A DNA stretch of 64,000 nt from Histomonas meleagridis 2922-C6/04-290x (Eukaryota > Protista > Parabasalia). Within the stretch, counting starts at the first letter, position 1. Each line of letters starts with the position of its first letter. Below the pieces are notes generated by a model that had not been told where the DNA came from, ran no database searches, and was given only the letters and a program-made list of their open reading frames with translations. Where the stretch lies: contig JAANOX010000132.1 of NCBI GenBank assembly GCA_020184695.1, forward strand, positions 37,331 through 101,330, given 5' to 3'. A program made the position numbers and the translations under genes. Positions 11,647 to 22,858 of the stretch are shown piece by piece.

Positions 11647-12588
11647 TCATTTTGCAAATGCCAAAACTTGAGAGCTAATCCTCATTGAGTTACTCTCTAT
11701 TTCTACCTTAGAAACAATTCCTGATGATGATACAATAATGAACAAATTTTCTTCCAAAAAAACCAAGTCAGCGCATTTCATACTGTTAATATTCAATTTA
11801 GAAATTGCCTTTGGTGGTGATTCTTCATTAGTACATCTTTCGAAAGCATTAAATAGATGAACTGTACCTTTATCACTTATTGCGACAAGCCATTTGTTCG
11901 AGGGTGAAAATGCAAGTGCCATAATTCTTGAAGGAAATGATCCTCTTCTAAACACACTAATCATTATTCCATTTGCAGTATCGAATATTCTTATTAATGT
12001 TGCTTTTTGACTTGCTGTTGCAACAAGTGTTGTGTCTGGGCTAAACCTTATAAAAGAGATTGGGTGTTGATGTGCTTGAATGAAAATTGGTCTTGAATTT
12101 TCATCTTGTGAAAAAATTTGAATTGTACCTGGAGTTAAACCACATATAGCAATCTTTGATTTTTCATCAAAGAACGTGACTTCTCCTGCTCCATCTGTGT
12201 TAGTAGATGTTAATTGTTCAAATTGAATTGCTTTTTGAGAAATATCATATAAACAAATAGAATTAGAAAGAATAATTATGAGTATATGTTTTCTAATACA
12301 TACTGAACAAACAGGTTCATCAAAATTAAGTTCACATTCTGATTCACCAAAAAAATTATTCCATAAAAATACTTTATACTGCATGGATGCTGACAAAAGA
12401 GGTTTTACAGCAAATGCTGTTTGATTTCCTTCTGAACTTGTTGAAATACAAATAATATTAAAATTTATAAAATCTTTCTTATATTTTTTTTGTAAAGGAG
12501 TGAAAGAGTATACCTCATATCCGTGCTCGAAAGCAAATGTAAAATATTCTCCTTCGTCTCCAATCGAAAGAGCAACGATTCCCGCCAT
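11647..12588 (-). CDS. ATG18: Atg18/WIPI PROPPIN WD40 protein
   Basis: AHQHPI..IRFSPDTTLVATASQKATLIRIFDT..G....FRRG and LAFSP....L...SDKGTVHLF are PROPPIN hallmarks. Confidence 0.85.
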   Translation of the reverse strand: MAGIVALSIGDEGEYFTFAFEHGYEVYSFTPLQKKYKKDFINFNIICISTSSEGNQTAFAVKPLLSASMQYKVFLWNNFFGESECELNFDEPVCSVCIRKHILIIILSNSICLYDISQKAIQFEQLTSTNTDGAGEVTFFDEKSKIAICGLTPGTIQIFSQDENSRPIFIQAHQHPISFIRFSPDTTLVATASQKATLIRIFDTANGIMISVFRRGSFPSRIMALAFSPSNKWLVAISDKGTVHLFNAFERCTNEESPPKAISKLNINSMKCADLVFLEENLFIIVSSSGIVSKVEIESNSMRISSQVLAFAK

Positions 12589-12763
12589 AAGTTTTTTTTT
12601 GTAAAATCTTTTGTCAGTTTTCTATCGTCATCAGAAACATTTTTCATTTTCGCTCATCCCAAAAAGCAAAAAGCAAAAATCGAAAGGTTAAACACAACTT
12701 TCCGCGGAACAAGTCCCTTAAACTTACCGAAAAAAAGACGTTATCAATGAATTAATTTTAATT

Positions 12764-13108
12764 TCAAATGACATTCCTTGAATGCATAGGAATTTTAGCT
12801 TCTATTTCCCCATCTTCAGCAACAATTCTAGCTGTACATGATAACCTTGAGTCATCGTGTACGTCTACAGCAAAATCAAGTGTATCATTTTCTTTATCAG
12901 AAATTTCGTTTAAAAGATCCATTCCTTTTGTGACATAAACGTGACAAGTTCCGCAAGCACAAGATCCTTCACAAGCACATGGAATTTTAATTCCATTTTT
13001 TTCGGCGACATGTAATAAGCTTTCGCCAACTGCACCTTGGACAACTTTGTCAACATCTTTCCCGATGAATTTAATATTTACAAGACTTCTCTTAAACGCG
13101 GATAACAT
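12764..13108 (-). CDS. Hydrogenosomal-type [2Fe-2S] ferredoxin with short presequence MLSAFKRS
   Basis: C-x5-C-x2-C motif (CEGSCACGTCHV) plus SRLSC; adrenodoxin-like; N-terminal ML-S..R leader typical of hydrogenosomal proteins. Confidence 0.92.
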   Translation of the reverse strand: MLSAFKRSLVNIKFIGKDVDKVVQGAVGESLLHVAEKNGIKIPCACEGSCACGTCHVYVTKGMDLLNEISDKENDTLDFAVDVHDDSRLSCTARIVAEDGEIEAKIPMHSRNVI

Positions 13109-13135
13109 TTGTGATCTGCTTTTGATTCACAGTTT

Positions 13136-13540
13136 ATGTTAAAAATTTCAGTCAATTTTTTTATGGTATCAATCGTTCGGAACTTCTGTCTTTCCGGGTT
13201 CAATGTTTCTTGGATCAATGCCATTACCAAAATAGGATACATTAAGATTGAATATGATGAATCCAAGTCCAATTTCTCTGACATGTATATCCTTGCAGAT
13301 CAAATCGCTCAATCCATTCGAGAAACTGAATCACTTCAACCCGTAATGTTTGCATTCCATTATTATGAACCTGTAAATCGTAAGCCGACACTTTCAGTTA
13401 TTCCACGATTTCCAAATGATTATGAAAACCATAATTATGTTTATACACTCTCAGAACTTGAAGAACAAAAAGAAACGACAACAAAAGAAGCCATTGAGCC
13501 ACACATTAATAATCTTTTAAATCGTTTTCAATGTAAATAA
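13136..13540 (+). CDS. Hypothetical protein (134 aa), head-to-head with ferredoxin
   Basis: ATG ORF preceded by TCACA initiator-like motif; ends in TAAA. Confidence 0.6.
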   Translation: MLKISVNFFMVSIVRNFCLSGFNVSWINAITKIGYIKIEYDESKSNFSDMYILADQIAQSIRETESLQPVMFAFHYYEPVNRKPTLSVIPRFPNDYENHNYVYTLSELEEQKETTTKEAIEPHINNLLNRFQCK

Positions 13541-13643
13541 ATAAATAAAAAGACAAAATTTAAAATGTCATTTTGAATTCAAAAAGAAAATTTTCGTCAA
13601 TAACTAAACGGTCGCCAGTAAGGGGAAGATCCTTTGGGTTCAA

Positions 13644-16061
13644 ATGAAAAACAACCAACCGATTGTGAGCCATGAAAGTTATTACCTTAATGGCTCACCT
13701 GAGGAACTTGCGTTGAATTTCCCGCCCACCGAAATTGATCGTAGAGAATCAGATACTTATGTTGAAGCAGATCCAGCTACGTTATCAACTTTTCTTTATC
13801 CAACTAATGTCACTAGACGTGATTATCAATTCGAAATCTCACAAGAATGTTTCCATCAAAACACATTAGTATGTTTACCAACAGGCGCTGGTAAAACTTT
13901 AATAGCTGCAGTCGCTATGATGAATTTTCACAGATGGTTTCCAAAAGGGATAATAATTTTCATGGCTACAACGCGTAATTTAGTTACCCAACAAATTGAC
14001 GCGTGTACCTCATTCACAAATATACCTCAAAGTAAAGTCACAACTATAATTGGAACTTCCACATCTAAAGGGCGCTCAAGTGTATGGGATGAATACACAG
14101 TTTTTTTTTGCACACCACAAATAGTTCAAAATGACATTGAAAAAAAGCGCTTAGACCCGTCGAATATAATTTTGTTGATATTTGATGAAGCACATCATGC
14201 GCATGGTAACTATGCATATTCACGTGTTGTTCGATTGGTTGCAGCGCGAACAAGTCAATTTCGAGTCATTGGGTTATCAGCAACGCCCGGCAATAACATG
14301 AACTCGATCCAAACAGTTATCTTTAATTTGATGATCAGTAAGGTCATATATAAAGATGACAATGATCCGGACATAGCGAAGTATCAACATAAGACAGACA
14401 TCGAAATAGTTACAGTACCATTAGGTGGCGATGAAACTTTGTTAATGAATTTCTTAGGCCAATGTATGACAAAAATAGCAGAACAACTTCAAGCAAAAGG
14501 ATTATTACGTACTTCGAATCCACAAAACCTTACGCATGGATTAGTGTGGGTGTCAATGAATAACTTCCAAAAGCAGCCGGGCGAATACAGCAAAGACAAA
14601 TTTTTCCTTCTCGACTTGTTTGGTATCTTAAATAGCTTATCATTTATATATGAAAAACTATTGAAGTATGGCGCAGAACATTTAAATGAAGGACTAAAGG
14701 ATTTCATGAAGAAACGTAAAGACACTGAATCAAAGCGTAAACTTGTGACAAGTCCTGCGTTCCAAAGCTTATTACGGTATAGTGAACAAGCGAAAAATAT
14801 ATCACATCCGAAACTTGCGAAACTTTCGATAATATTATCTGATTTCTATGAGAATAATCCGAGCTCAAGATCGATAATATTTACGCAATTTCGTGCTGTT
14901 GCTTATGCAATTGTGAAACATTTAGAAAATGTACCATTGGTTAAGCCATCGATATTTATCGGTAAATCAACAACTAAAAAAAACGAAGGATTAACAGATG
15001 CTACACAATTAGAAGTAGTTTCATTATTTCGGAAAGGTTCTATTAATTGTATTGTAGCAACATCAGTAGGTGAAGAAGGTTTAGATATTGGCGAAGTAGA
15101 TTTAATTATATGTTTTGATACTTCAGCTTCCCCTTTAAAAACTGTGCAAAGAATGGGAAGAACAGGTCGAAAACGCGCCGGTCGTGTAGTGTTTTTAATG
15201 ACTGAAGGTTACGAAGAAAAGAATTTGGACAAGGTGAAAAATACGAAGTCATATATCAAAAGCAAACTTACAACTGATTTATCGAAGTTTGTTTTGTATC
15301 ATCCAAAAATATCTAATGTACCGATACCGAATAATTTAAGTGTTATTAACTTAAAATGTTTACAAAACGAAAAAAGAATTCATGTAATCGATAATAATAA
15401 TGATACGAAAAGTCCATTTCTACAAAAAAATGAATTATATGCATTGGAATGTTGTTTCGGAAGGAATTTGAAGTATCATAAGTTTAGAGTATCGACATAT
15501 GATTCAAATGTAGCAGTAATTACACATTCGGCTGAAAGTAATATTCTTTCATCAATATATAAACAATGTAAAATAGGTCAAAATGATGAAGAAGATGAAG
15601 ACATTGAAAGTCTAATTAGAAAATTATCACAAAATGTTGAAAGTAATGATAATAATGTTGAAAATCCTTTTATGATCGATTCTGATGATGAAAGTGATAA
15701 TGATCGAAAAAATACTCCGTGTATGTCATTGGCTGAACATTTGGCAAGTCAAAGAATGGAAGAAAATGATTTCTTAAGTGATGATGACGATGATTTATAT
15801 ATTGAAGAAATTGAACATTTAGAAAGTAGTAAACAAATTAAGCAAACAGATGAAAACGCGTTTTTAAGTGATGACGATAGCGATGATAAATTTTTGGATG
15901 AAAGTGATGATATTACTATTGATGATGAAATTGAAGTCGAAAGAAGTTTATGTAACAGAAACAGAAATAGTGAAGTTCCAATAGAAACAGTAATGATGAC
16001 ACCGCAGCAAAGTTCTTTTTTAGATGATTCGGATATGGATGTTGATTTAGATGATATTTAA
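13644..16061 (+). CDS. FANCM: FANCM/Mph1-like DEAH helicase with acidic tail
   Basis: RRDYQFEI, NTLVCLPTGAGKT, DEAHHA, LSATPG, HPKL, SIIFTQFR, ATSVGEEGLDIGEVDLIICFD, QRMGRTGRKR. Confidence 0.92.
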   Translation: MKNNQPIVSHESYYLNGSPEELALNFPPTEIDRRESDTYVEADPATLSTFLYPTNVTRRDYQFEISQECFHQNTLVCLPTGAGKTLIAAVAMMNFHRWFPKGIIIFMATTRNLVTQQIDACTSFTNIPQSKVTTIIGTSTSKGRSSVWDEYTVFFCTPQIVQNDIEKKRLDPSNIILLIFDEAHHAHGNYAYSRVVRLVAARTSQFRVIGLSATPGNNMNSIQTVIFNLMISKVIYKDDNDPDIAKYQHKTDIEIVTVPLGGDETLLMNFLGQCMTKIAEQLQAKGLLRTSNPQNLTHGLVWVSMNNFQKQPGEYSKDKFFLLDLFGILNSLSFIYEKLLKYGAEHLNEGLKDFMKKRKDTESKRKLVTSPAFQSLLRYSEQAKNISHPKLAKLSIILSDFYENNPSSRSIIFTQFRAVAYAIVKHLENVPLVKPSIFIGKSTTKKNEGLTDATQLEVVSLFRKGSINCIVATSVGEEGLDIGEVDLIICFDTSASPLKTVQRMGRTGRKRAGRVVFLMTEGYEEKNLDKVKNTKSYIKSKLTTDLSKFVLYHPKISNVPIPNNLSVINLKCLQNEKRIHVIDNNNDTKSPFLQKNELYALECCFGRNLKYHKFRVSTYDSNVAVITHSAESNILSSIYKQCKIGQNDEEDEDIESLIRKLSQNVESNDNNVENPFMIDSDDESDNDRKNTPCMSLAEHLASQRMEENDFLSDDDDDLYIEEIEHLESSKQIKQTDENAFLSDDDSDDKFLDESDDITIDDEIEVERSLCNRNRNSEVPIETVMMTPQQSSFLDDSDMDVDLDDI

Positions 16062-16223
16062 TTACTATAAATAAATTGTTTTTAATTTCTATATTTTTCA
16101 GTGTTGTTTGTACATTTTTCAAATTATCATATCGTATTTTTCTGAAATAAATAATTTGGGGGTACCCCAAAAATATAATTTGACTATTTAACGGCCTCCA
16201 AGTGAACTTCACTTTCCATAAAT

Positions 16224-19200
16224 ATGCATAGCAGAAGCCCTAAAGAAGAAATTAAGTATTTACAAGACTTAAAAGACTTAGTACTTGAATTAGATCAAGG
16301 AAATCTTCAAATGACTGTTGAATTAACGATGAAATTATTTGATGAAAATTTTCCACTTTCATTTAATATTGTTTTAATTGGAAATACAATTTCATCATTT
16401 ATTTCACAACGGAAAGATATAAATATTTATATCGAATATTTACAAAATATCGAGAAGAAAGAAGAAGAAATACTTAAAGTCAATCCGCATATATTTCAAC
16501 TATTAAAAGGTGAATTATTATATTTACGTTCTAAAGAATCGAAATATTTCTTAGCTATTTTAATTGAAAAAAACTTAATTAGTTCCGACAACGTTTCTAA
16601 ACTTGATTCCCAATATTTTGCACATTTATTAACAGAAGAACAACTTAAAGAATTAGAAGAACGTGGAATATCAACACTTTATTGGAGTAGACAGAATAAC
16701 CAAAATAATTTAAAAGATTTTATAGTAATAAATAGACAAAATAAATTTGAGAAACATAAAATTAATATTGCTGAAGGAAATCCATCAGAAATATCAAAGG
16801 CAATACGTGATGATGATGTAGAACAACTTCAAAAATTAACATCGGGAAAAGAATTTGATTTTAATCAACATATAACGCCATCAATATATGAGCAATTTAG
16901 TAAATGTTTTAGATATGATGAAGAACATGGAATTACATTAATAGAATATGCTGCTTTTTATGGCGCAATTAAATGTTTTAAATATTTGTTATTAAATGGT
17001 TCTGATATCCAATTCGCTGGAAATTATGCAGTTGCAGGTGGAAACATCGAAATATTTCATTTATGTGAACAAAATGGTACAACTTTTAGGGATTCATATA
17101 AAGATGCAGTTAAATATCATCGGAATAATATTTTTTATTACCTTTATGAAAATAATATATTTAAATATTATCATAAGGAACGTAAAAATTTTAAATTGTC
17201 AATAAAAATGAAATATTTTGATTTCAAATCGAAACCTTATAAGTCAAGTTTTTCATTTGTTCATAACAATCAACAAATTTTAACTGATGAAGAATGTAAA
17301 AATATGTTATTTACTTCAATTGTTATTAAATCTATTCAATATAATAATTTCGAAATATTTTCATTCATGGAGAATCAAGGATTTGAATATAATGAATCAA
17401 TCATTGAAGAATTATTCATAAGTGGAAACTTATTTTTGATAAAATATCTTTTCGATGAAAAAGATATTCCAAGTGAAGCTTTTGCTTATTCTGTTTCTTC
17501 ACATAATATTGAACTTGTCAAATATGTTCTATCTCGAAAGAACATAAATGTTAATATTTATGATGTTTAATTTTATTGATTTCGAGTTTCTTAAGAATAT
17601 TTTATAGTGTTATTTAATGTTTTTATAAAACTCCTTTAATTTGTGCTTGCGAATATAATGATTATGAAATGGCTAAGTTGATTCTTGAACAAAAAGGAAT
17701 TGATGTTAACTTTCAGGATAGAATTTATTTGTTTTATTTATTTGTTTTTTTAATTTTATATTTCGAAATAATATTTGGAAATTATTTATATTATTTCGTA
17801 CAGCACTTCATTCAGCTTCTTTAAAAGGTAACTTAAATATAGTTAAATTAATTATTGAACAAAATGGAATTGATATTAATGTTAAAAATGTTTATTTGTT
17901 TTGTTTAGAATTTATATAAATAATTTAATATTTTGGATTAATATTTGGAAATTATTTAAACTATTTAATACACCACTTATGATTGCATCTGAAATAGGAA
18001 ATATTGAAATAGTTAAATTACTTCTTGAACAAAAAGGAATTGATATTTACCAACAAAATATTCAAGGAAAATCTGCATTAATCATCGCAACCGAAAATGA
18101 TCATATAGAAGTAGTTAAATTATTTTTGAAGCAAAAGGATATAAATGTAAATATTGTCGATATTTTATAATTTTATATATTATTTAATTCATTAATTTGA
18201 AGTTTTATTATAAAATTTGGAATTTATTATTTGTTTTTTCAACACCATTATTTTATGCATGTAATAATGGTAATATTGAACTTGTAAAAATTCTTCTTAG
18301 TTTCGAAGCAATTAATATTAACATATTAAATGGAAATTTATTTCTTTTTAATATTTTGAAACTCCTTTAATATATGCAACATGGAAAGGTCATACAGAAA
18401 TAGTAAAATTACTTCTTGAACAAAAAGGAATTGATGTTAATGCTCGAACTATTTAATAATTTGTATTAAAATTTAATTTAATAATTATTTGTTTTATTTT
18501 GATATTTGGTAATCATTTAATTTATTTGAAACAGCTTTAACTTTTGCAGTACGAAATAATTATATTGAAATCGTTAAATTATTACTAGAACAAAAAGATA
18601 TTGATATTAATTTCATAGATATTTATTTTATATATTATCTATTCTATTAGAATATTTGTTGAAATATATTTTAAATATTTGGTACACCATTAATGTATGC
18701 AATGATTGCAGGCTATCTTGAAATTTCTAAATTACTTATAGAACAAAAAGGAATTAATTTTAATGTAAAGAATATTAAAATATTATAACAATATTTGGAA
18801 TTTCTATAAATCATTTGAAAGCGTGCTTCATAAAATGTGTTATAATATTAATATTGGAAAAAATCATTCATATGATCCAAAATATAATCACTTAGTTAGA
18901 ATTTGTTTCATTTTTTCGATGTTTATTTCATTGATTTAAATTTTGTTTATATTTTAAATGATTTATTTATAATATTTAATAAATGTTTAATGGCATCTTC
19001 AAAAGATCAACAACAATTCATGAATAAATATTTTAAGGAAGATCATCCTTTTAAAATGCCGGGTAAATATATTTATTTCATATGTTTGGAGTTTATTTTA
19101 TAATTTCATGGGACCATTCGATAGTATTTTTTTAATTTATTTGAATATTATAAAACCGATGTTGATTTAGTTCATAAAAATCAATATGAAATTTTTAAGT

Positions 19201-19938
19201 TAATTCTTGATAATAAAGATATAAATGTTAATATAAAATCTGTTAATTCATTTTATTATATAATTCATTTAAATTATTTCTATTTTAAATTAGTATTTGG
19301 AATTAAATTTATCTATTTTATACACCTTTAATGGTCGCATGTATGGAAGGAAGAACAAATATTGTTCAATTATTACTTGAACATAAAGAAATTGATATTA
19401 ACTTTCATGGTATTTATTATATATATATTATATTCCTATATAAAAAATGGAAATTAATAATAAAATTTGGAAATTAATTAATTGTTTTGGTACTGCTTTT
19501 ATGTGTGCATGTTTTAATGGTCATTTAGATACTGTTAAATTATTACTTGAACATAGTGAAATAGATATTAATCAAAAGAATAATATGTGTTATAATTATT
19601 TGATATTTCTTTATTTAATTCGGAATTTGTTTATGTTATTTATGAATTCTTTAATGGGGGCTGTTCAAAATTCTCATTATGAAATCGTAGAATTTCTTGT
19701 TCAACAAAATGGAATAAAATTAAATGATAAAAATTATGAAGGTAAAACAGCAATTATGATTGCAAATTTACATCGGAGTGATAATCAGAAATCTATAGAA
19801 ATATTCGAATTACTTAAAAAACAAAAGGATATAATTTTCGATGAGGAAGTTAATGTTACAAATACATTTGATTTCGGTAATAATAAACTCGCGCATCCAA
19901 ATCCATTAAGTTTCGGTTTCGGGTTTGGTGATTATTAA
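16224..19938 (+). CDS. DUF3447-like + ankyrin-repeat protein, interrupted by about 43 17-nt inserts (ankyrin gene 1)
   Basis: N-terminal domain uninterrupted (TLIEYAAFYGAIKCFKYLL, YAVAGGNIEIFHLCEQ). Downstream ankyrin repeats join into one frame through stop 19938 after removing the inserts (two are 18 nt). Confidence 0.75.
17565..19641 (+). other. Array of 17-nt non-GT-AG inserts between single codons (gene 1)
   Basis: Example: AAT[17890-17906]AGA[17910-17926]AAT[17930-17946]GGA[17950-17966]AAT ACA CCA = N-R-N-G-N-T-P. Confidence 0.85.
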
Positions 19939-20124
19939 ATAATTTTTTTCTATTTTTATTATTAAGTTCATTTTTGATTAATTATGATTGAAATTTCAAT
20001 TACTTGAATTAATTTCATTACTTATATACAAATAAAACCAAAAGAAAATTTGTATATTAAAGAAAATAAAGTGTCACTTTTTGAGAAAACAATGATCATT
20101 TGACACTTTTTGATTCAATAATAA

Positions 20125-21639
20125 ATGAGCAACAAATTCGACGAAGTCACAAAGCAACATGTCGATGCAGTAACTCGTGATTACATTGTCCAACCACGAA
20201 TCGAATACCGAACTGTTACAAGTGTTAATGGTCCATTAGTTATTTGTGATAAAGTTAAGTTCCCAAAATACGCAGAAATTGTCCGTATTACACTTGGCGA
20301 TGGAACTGAACGTCGTGGCAAAGTTCTCGAAGTTCAAGGAGACAAAGCTGTTGTTCAAGTTTTCGAAGGTACAACAGATATTGATGTCAAAAGAACCAGA
20401 ATTGAGTTCACTGGTCAAACACAACATACACCAGTTAGCACAGATATGCTTGGACGTGTATTTAGTGGGAGTGGTACACCTTTAGATCATGGTCCTCCAG
20501 TTCTTGCTGACGATTTCCTCGATATTGAAGGCCAGCCAATCAATCCATACAATCGTGAGTACCCAAGAGAAATGATTCAGACCGGTCTTTCAGCTATTGA
20601 TGTAATGAACTCAATTGCCCGTGGTCAAAAGATTCCAATTTTCTCAGCTTCTGGTCTTCCCCATAACCAAATTGCTGCACAAATCTGTCGTCAAGCAGGT
20701 CTTGTTCAACATCGTGGTAAAGATGTCTATGATACATCACCAGATAATTTCGCTATTGTTTTCGGAGCTATGGGTGTTAACAAGAGCACTGCCCAATTCT
20801 TCCAACAAGATTTCGAGCAAAGTGGTTCTATGGAACGTGTGGTTCTATTTTTGAACCATGCAAATGATCCTACAATCGAACGTCTAATTACACCACGTAT
20901 TGCATTAACAACAGCCGAATATCTTGCGTATGACCAAGGAATGCATATTTTAGCCATTTTGACTGATATGACATCATATGCAAATGCATTACGTGAAGTT
21001 TCTACAGCTCGTAGTGAAGTTCCTGGACGAAGATCATATCCTGGTTACATGTATACTGACTTTGCATCCATCTATGAGCGTGCAGGAAGAGTTAAAGGAC
21101 GTCCCGGAAGTATCACACAAATTCCAATTCTTACAATGCCTTCTGATGATATTACACACCCAATTCCAGATTTAACTGGTTATATTACCGAAGGACAAAT
21201 TTATGTTGATCGTCAACTTGATAACAAACAAATTTATCCGCCAATTAACTTGTTACCATCATTGTCACGTTTGATGAAGAGTGCTATTGGAGAAGGTTTA
21301 ACACGTAAAGATCATAGTAGTGTATCAAATCAAATGTACGCATCATATGCACATGGTAAAGATGTACTCGCAATGAAAGCTGTCGTTGGTGAAGAATCAT
21401 TAAGTGAAGATGATAAGAAACATATCGAGTTCTTACATAGATTTGAAACACAATTCTTACAACAAGGACCTTATGAAAGTAGAAATGTATTTGAATCGTT
21501 GGATTTGGCATGGGAAATATTAAGAACATTACCGAAGGAATCATTAAAGAGAATCGATCAGCAGACATTAAATGAGTTCTACGCAAGAGATAGAGGACAA
21601 ACAGAAAAAGAAGAAAATGAAGATGAAGAAGATGAATAA
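20125..21639 (+). CDS. VMA2: V-type H+-ATPase subunit B
   Basis: [76 protein letters not shown]. Confidence 0.97.
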   Translation: MSNKFDEVTKQHVDAVTRDYIVQPRIEYRTVTSVNGPLVICDKVKFPKYAEIVRITLGDGTERRGKVLEVQGDKAVVQVFEGTTDIDVKRTRIEFTGQTQHTPVSTDMLGRVFSGSGTPLDHGPPVLADDFLDIEGQPINPYNREYPREMIQTGLSAIDVMNSIARGQKIPIFSASGLPHNQIAAQICRQAGLVQHRGKDVYDTSPDNFAIVFGAMGVNKSTAQFFQQDFEQSGSMERVVLFLNHANDPTIERLITPRIALTTAEYLAYDQGMHILAILTDMTSYANALREVSTARSEVPGRRSYPGYMYTDFASIYERAGRVKGRPGSITQIPILTMPSDDITHPIPDLTGYITEGQIYVDRQLDNKQIYPPINLLPSLSRLMKSAIGEGLTRKDHSSVSNQMYASYAHGKDVLAMKAVVGEESLSEDDKKHIEFLHRFETQFLQQGPYESRNVFESLDLAWEILRTLPKESLKRIDQQTLNEFYARDRGQTEKEENEDEEDE

Positions 21640-22219
21640 ATGAATAATTGCTCTTAAAATTTGTTACAACATCAAATTTTTGATGAGACAATTTTTAACC
21701 TTATTAATTATTGGGGTGCCCTAAAAATTCTTTTTGGGTGCCCCTCGCAACAAAATGTTTGTCTTGTATCCATATACAATGCACACTAGAATATACAAGA
21801 AATTAGGTGAAGATTACTTTTAATATATCCTTTCGAATTAACAGTATACATATATTCATATTATGCATAATATTAACAATGTTTTTTTATGATTTTAACG
21901 TTCAATTTCCAACCGTTTATTTATCCACTCACCTGAATTCTACAAAAAAATTTAAAAAGAAGCAAGATTCGGAAAGATTTGGTTAAAACTCTATTTCCCC
22001 TAAATGGCTAACCAATAAATTAGCACGTTTCAAATGACATATTCTTTTAATAAAATTAGATTATTTGACAAAATAATCATCCATGATCTTGAGATGGCTT
22101 AAAGTTATATACATTTCGAATGAGATTTTACTGAGTCAAAAATGTGTTCAAAGATTTTTCATTAACAAATTAATTCTATTGTTTTTTGTTTATATCCAAA
22201 AAAATACACTCGCTTATTT

Positions 22220-22630
22220 TTATATAATTGGGAAATTTTGTGATTGTGATATGATGGTTGAAAATGGTCGAAGAAGATCAATGACATCAGAAGAAACTGA
22301 AGATAGAATGCCAACAGTAGAAACATGCCTAATACCAAGTGTTTGCCCAAGGTCGTTCTGTGTAAATTTAGCTACAATTACTGGAATATTTGATTTTGCT
22401 GCCATTAAAAGTATATGCTGGACAATCTCTGGTGGATTTATATCATATGTTATGATCAACATTTGAATATTTCCCTTGATAATAGATTTACTGATTGAAT
22501 TAATTCCAATTTTAATTTGTTTCTGCTCGTTAAGTGTAGATATCATTGCCTTGATTGCGTCATGTCCATCTCCGATCGGGGGTGGCAATTGTATATTATC
22601 TTCCAAATGAAGAATTTTTTTTGTATTCAT
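22220..22630 (-). CDS. L7Ae/Snu13/Rpp38-family K-turn RNA-binding protein
   Basis: IKIGINSISKSIIKG..QMLIITYDINPPEIVQHILLMA..SNIPVI....DLGQTLGI fits the L7Ae fold. Confidence 0.8.
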   Translation of the reverse strand: MNTKKILHLEDNIQLPPPIGDGHDAIKAMISTLNEQKQIKIGINSISKSIIKGNIQMLIITYDINPPEIVQHILLMAAKSNIPVIVAKFTQNDLGQTLGIRHVSTVGILSSVSSDVIDLLRPFSTIISQSQNFPII

Positions 22631-22858
22631 CTATGAATAAACCACAAAAATTAAAATGAATTTTTTCCAATATATGTTACTCTGACGCTTTGAATACGTA
22701 CCAATATTTTTAGTATTAGTACTAATTTTCTTTTTATTTCAGATATCTGATTGGCCAATCAAATGAAATGCTCAAAATGATAAAGTCAAATTCATCAATG
22801 AATACACTCCAATTCCAATGGTCATATTTACTTACAATATTTATCAAAACGGCGTTCC

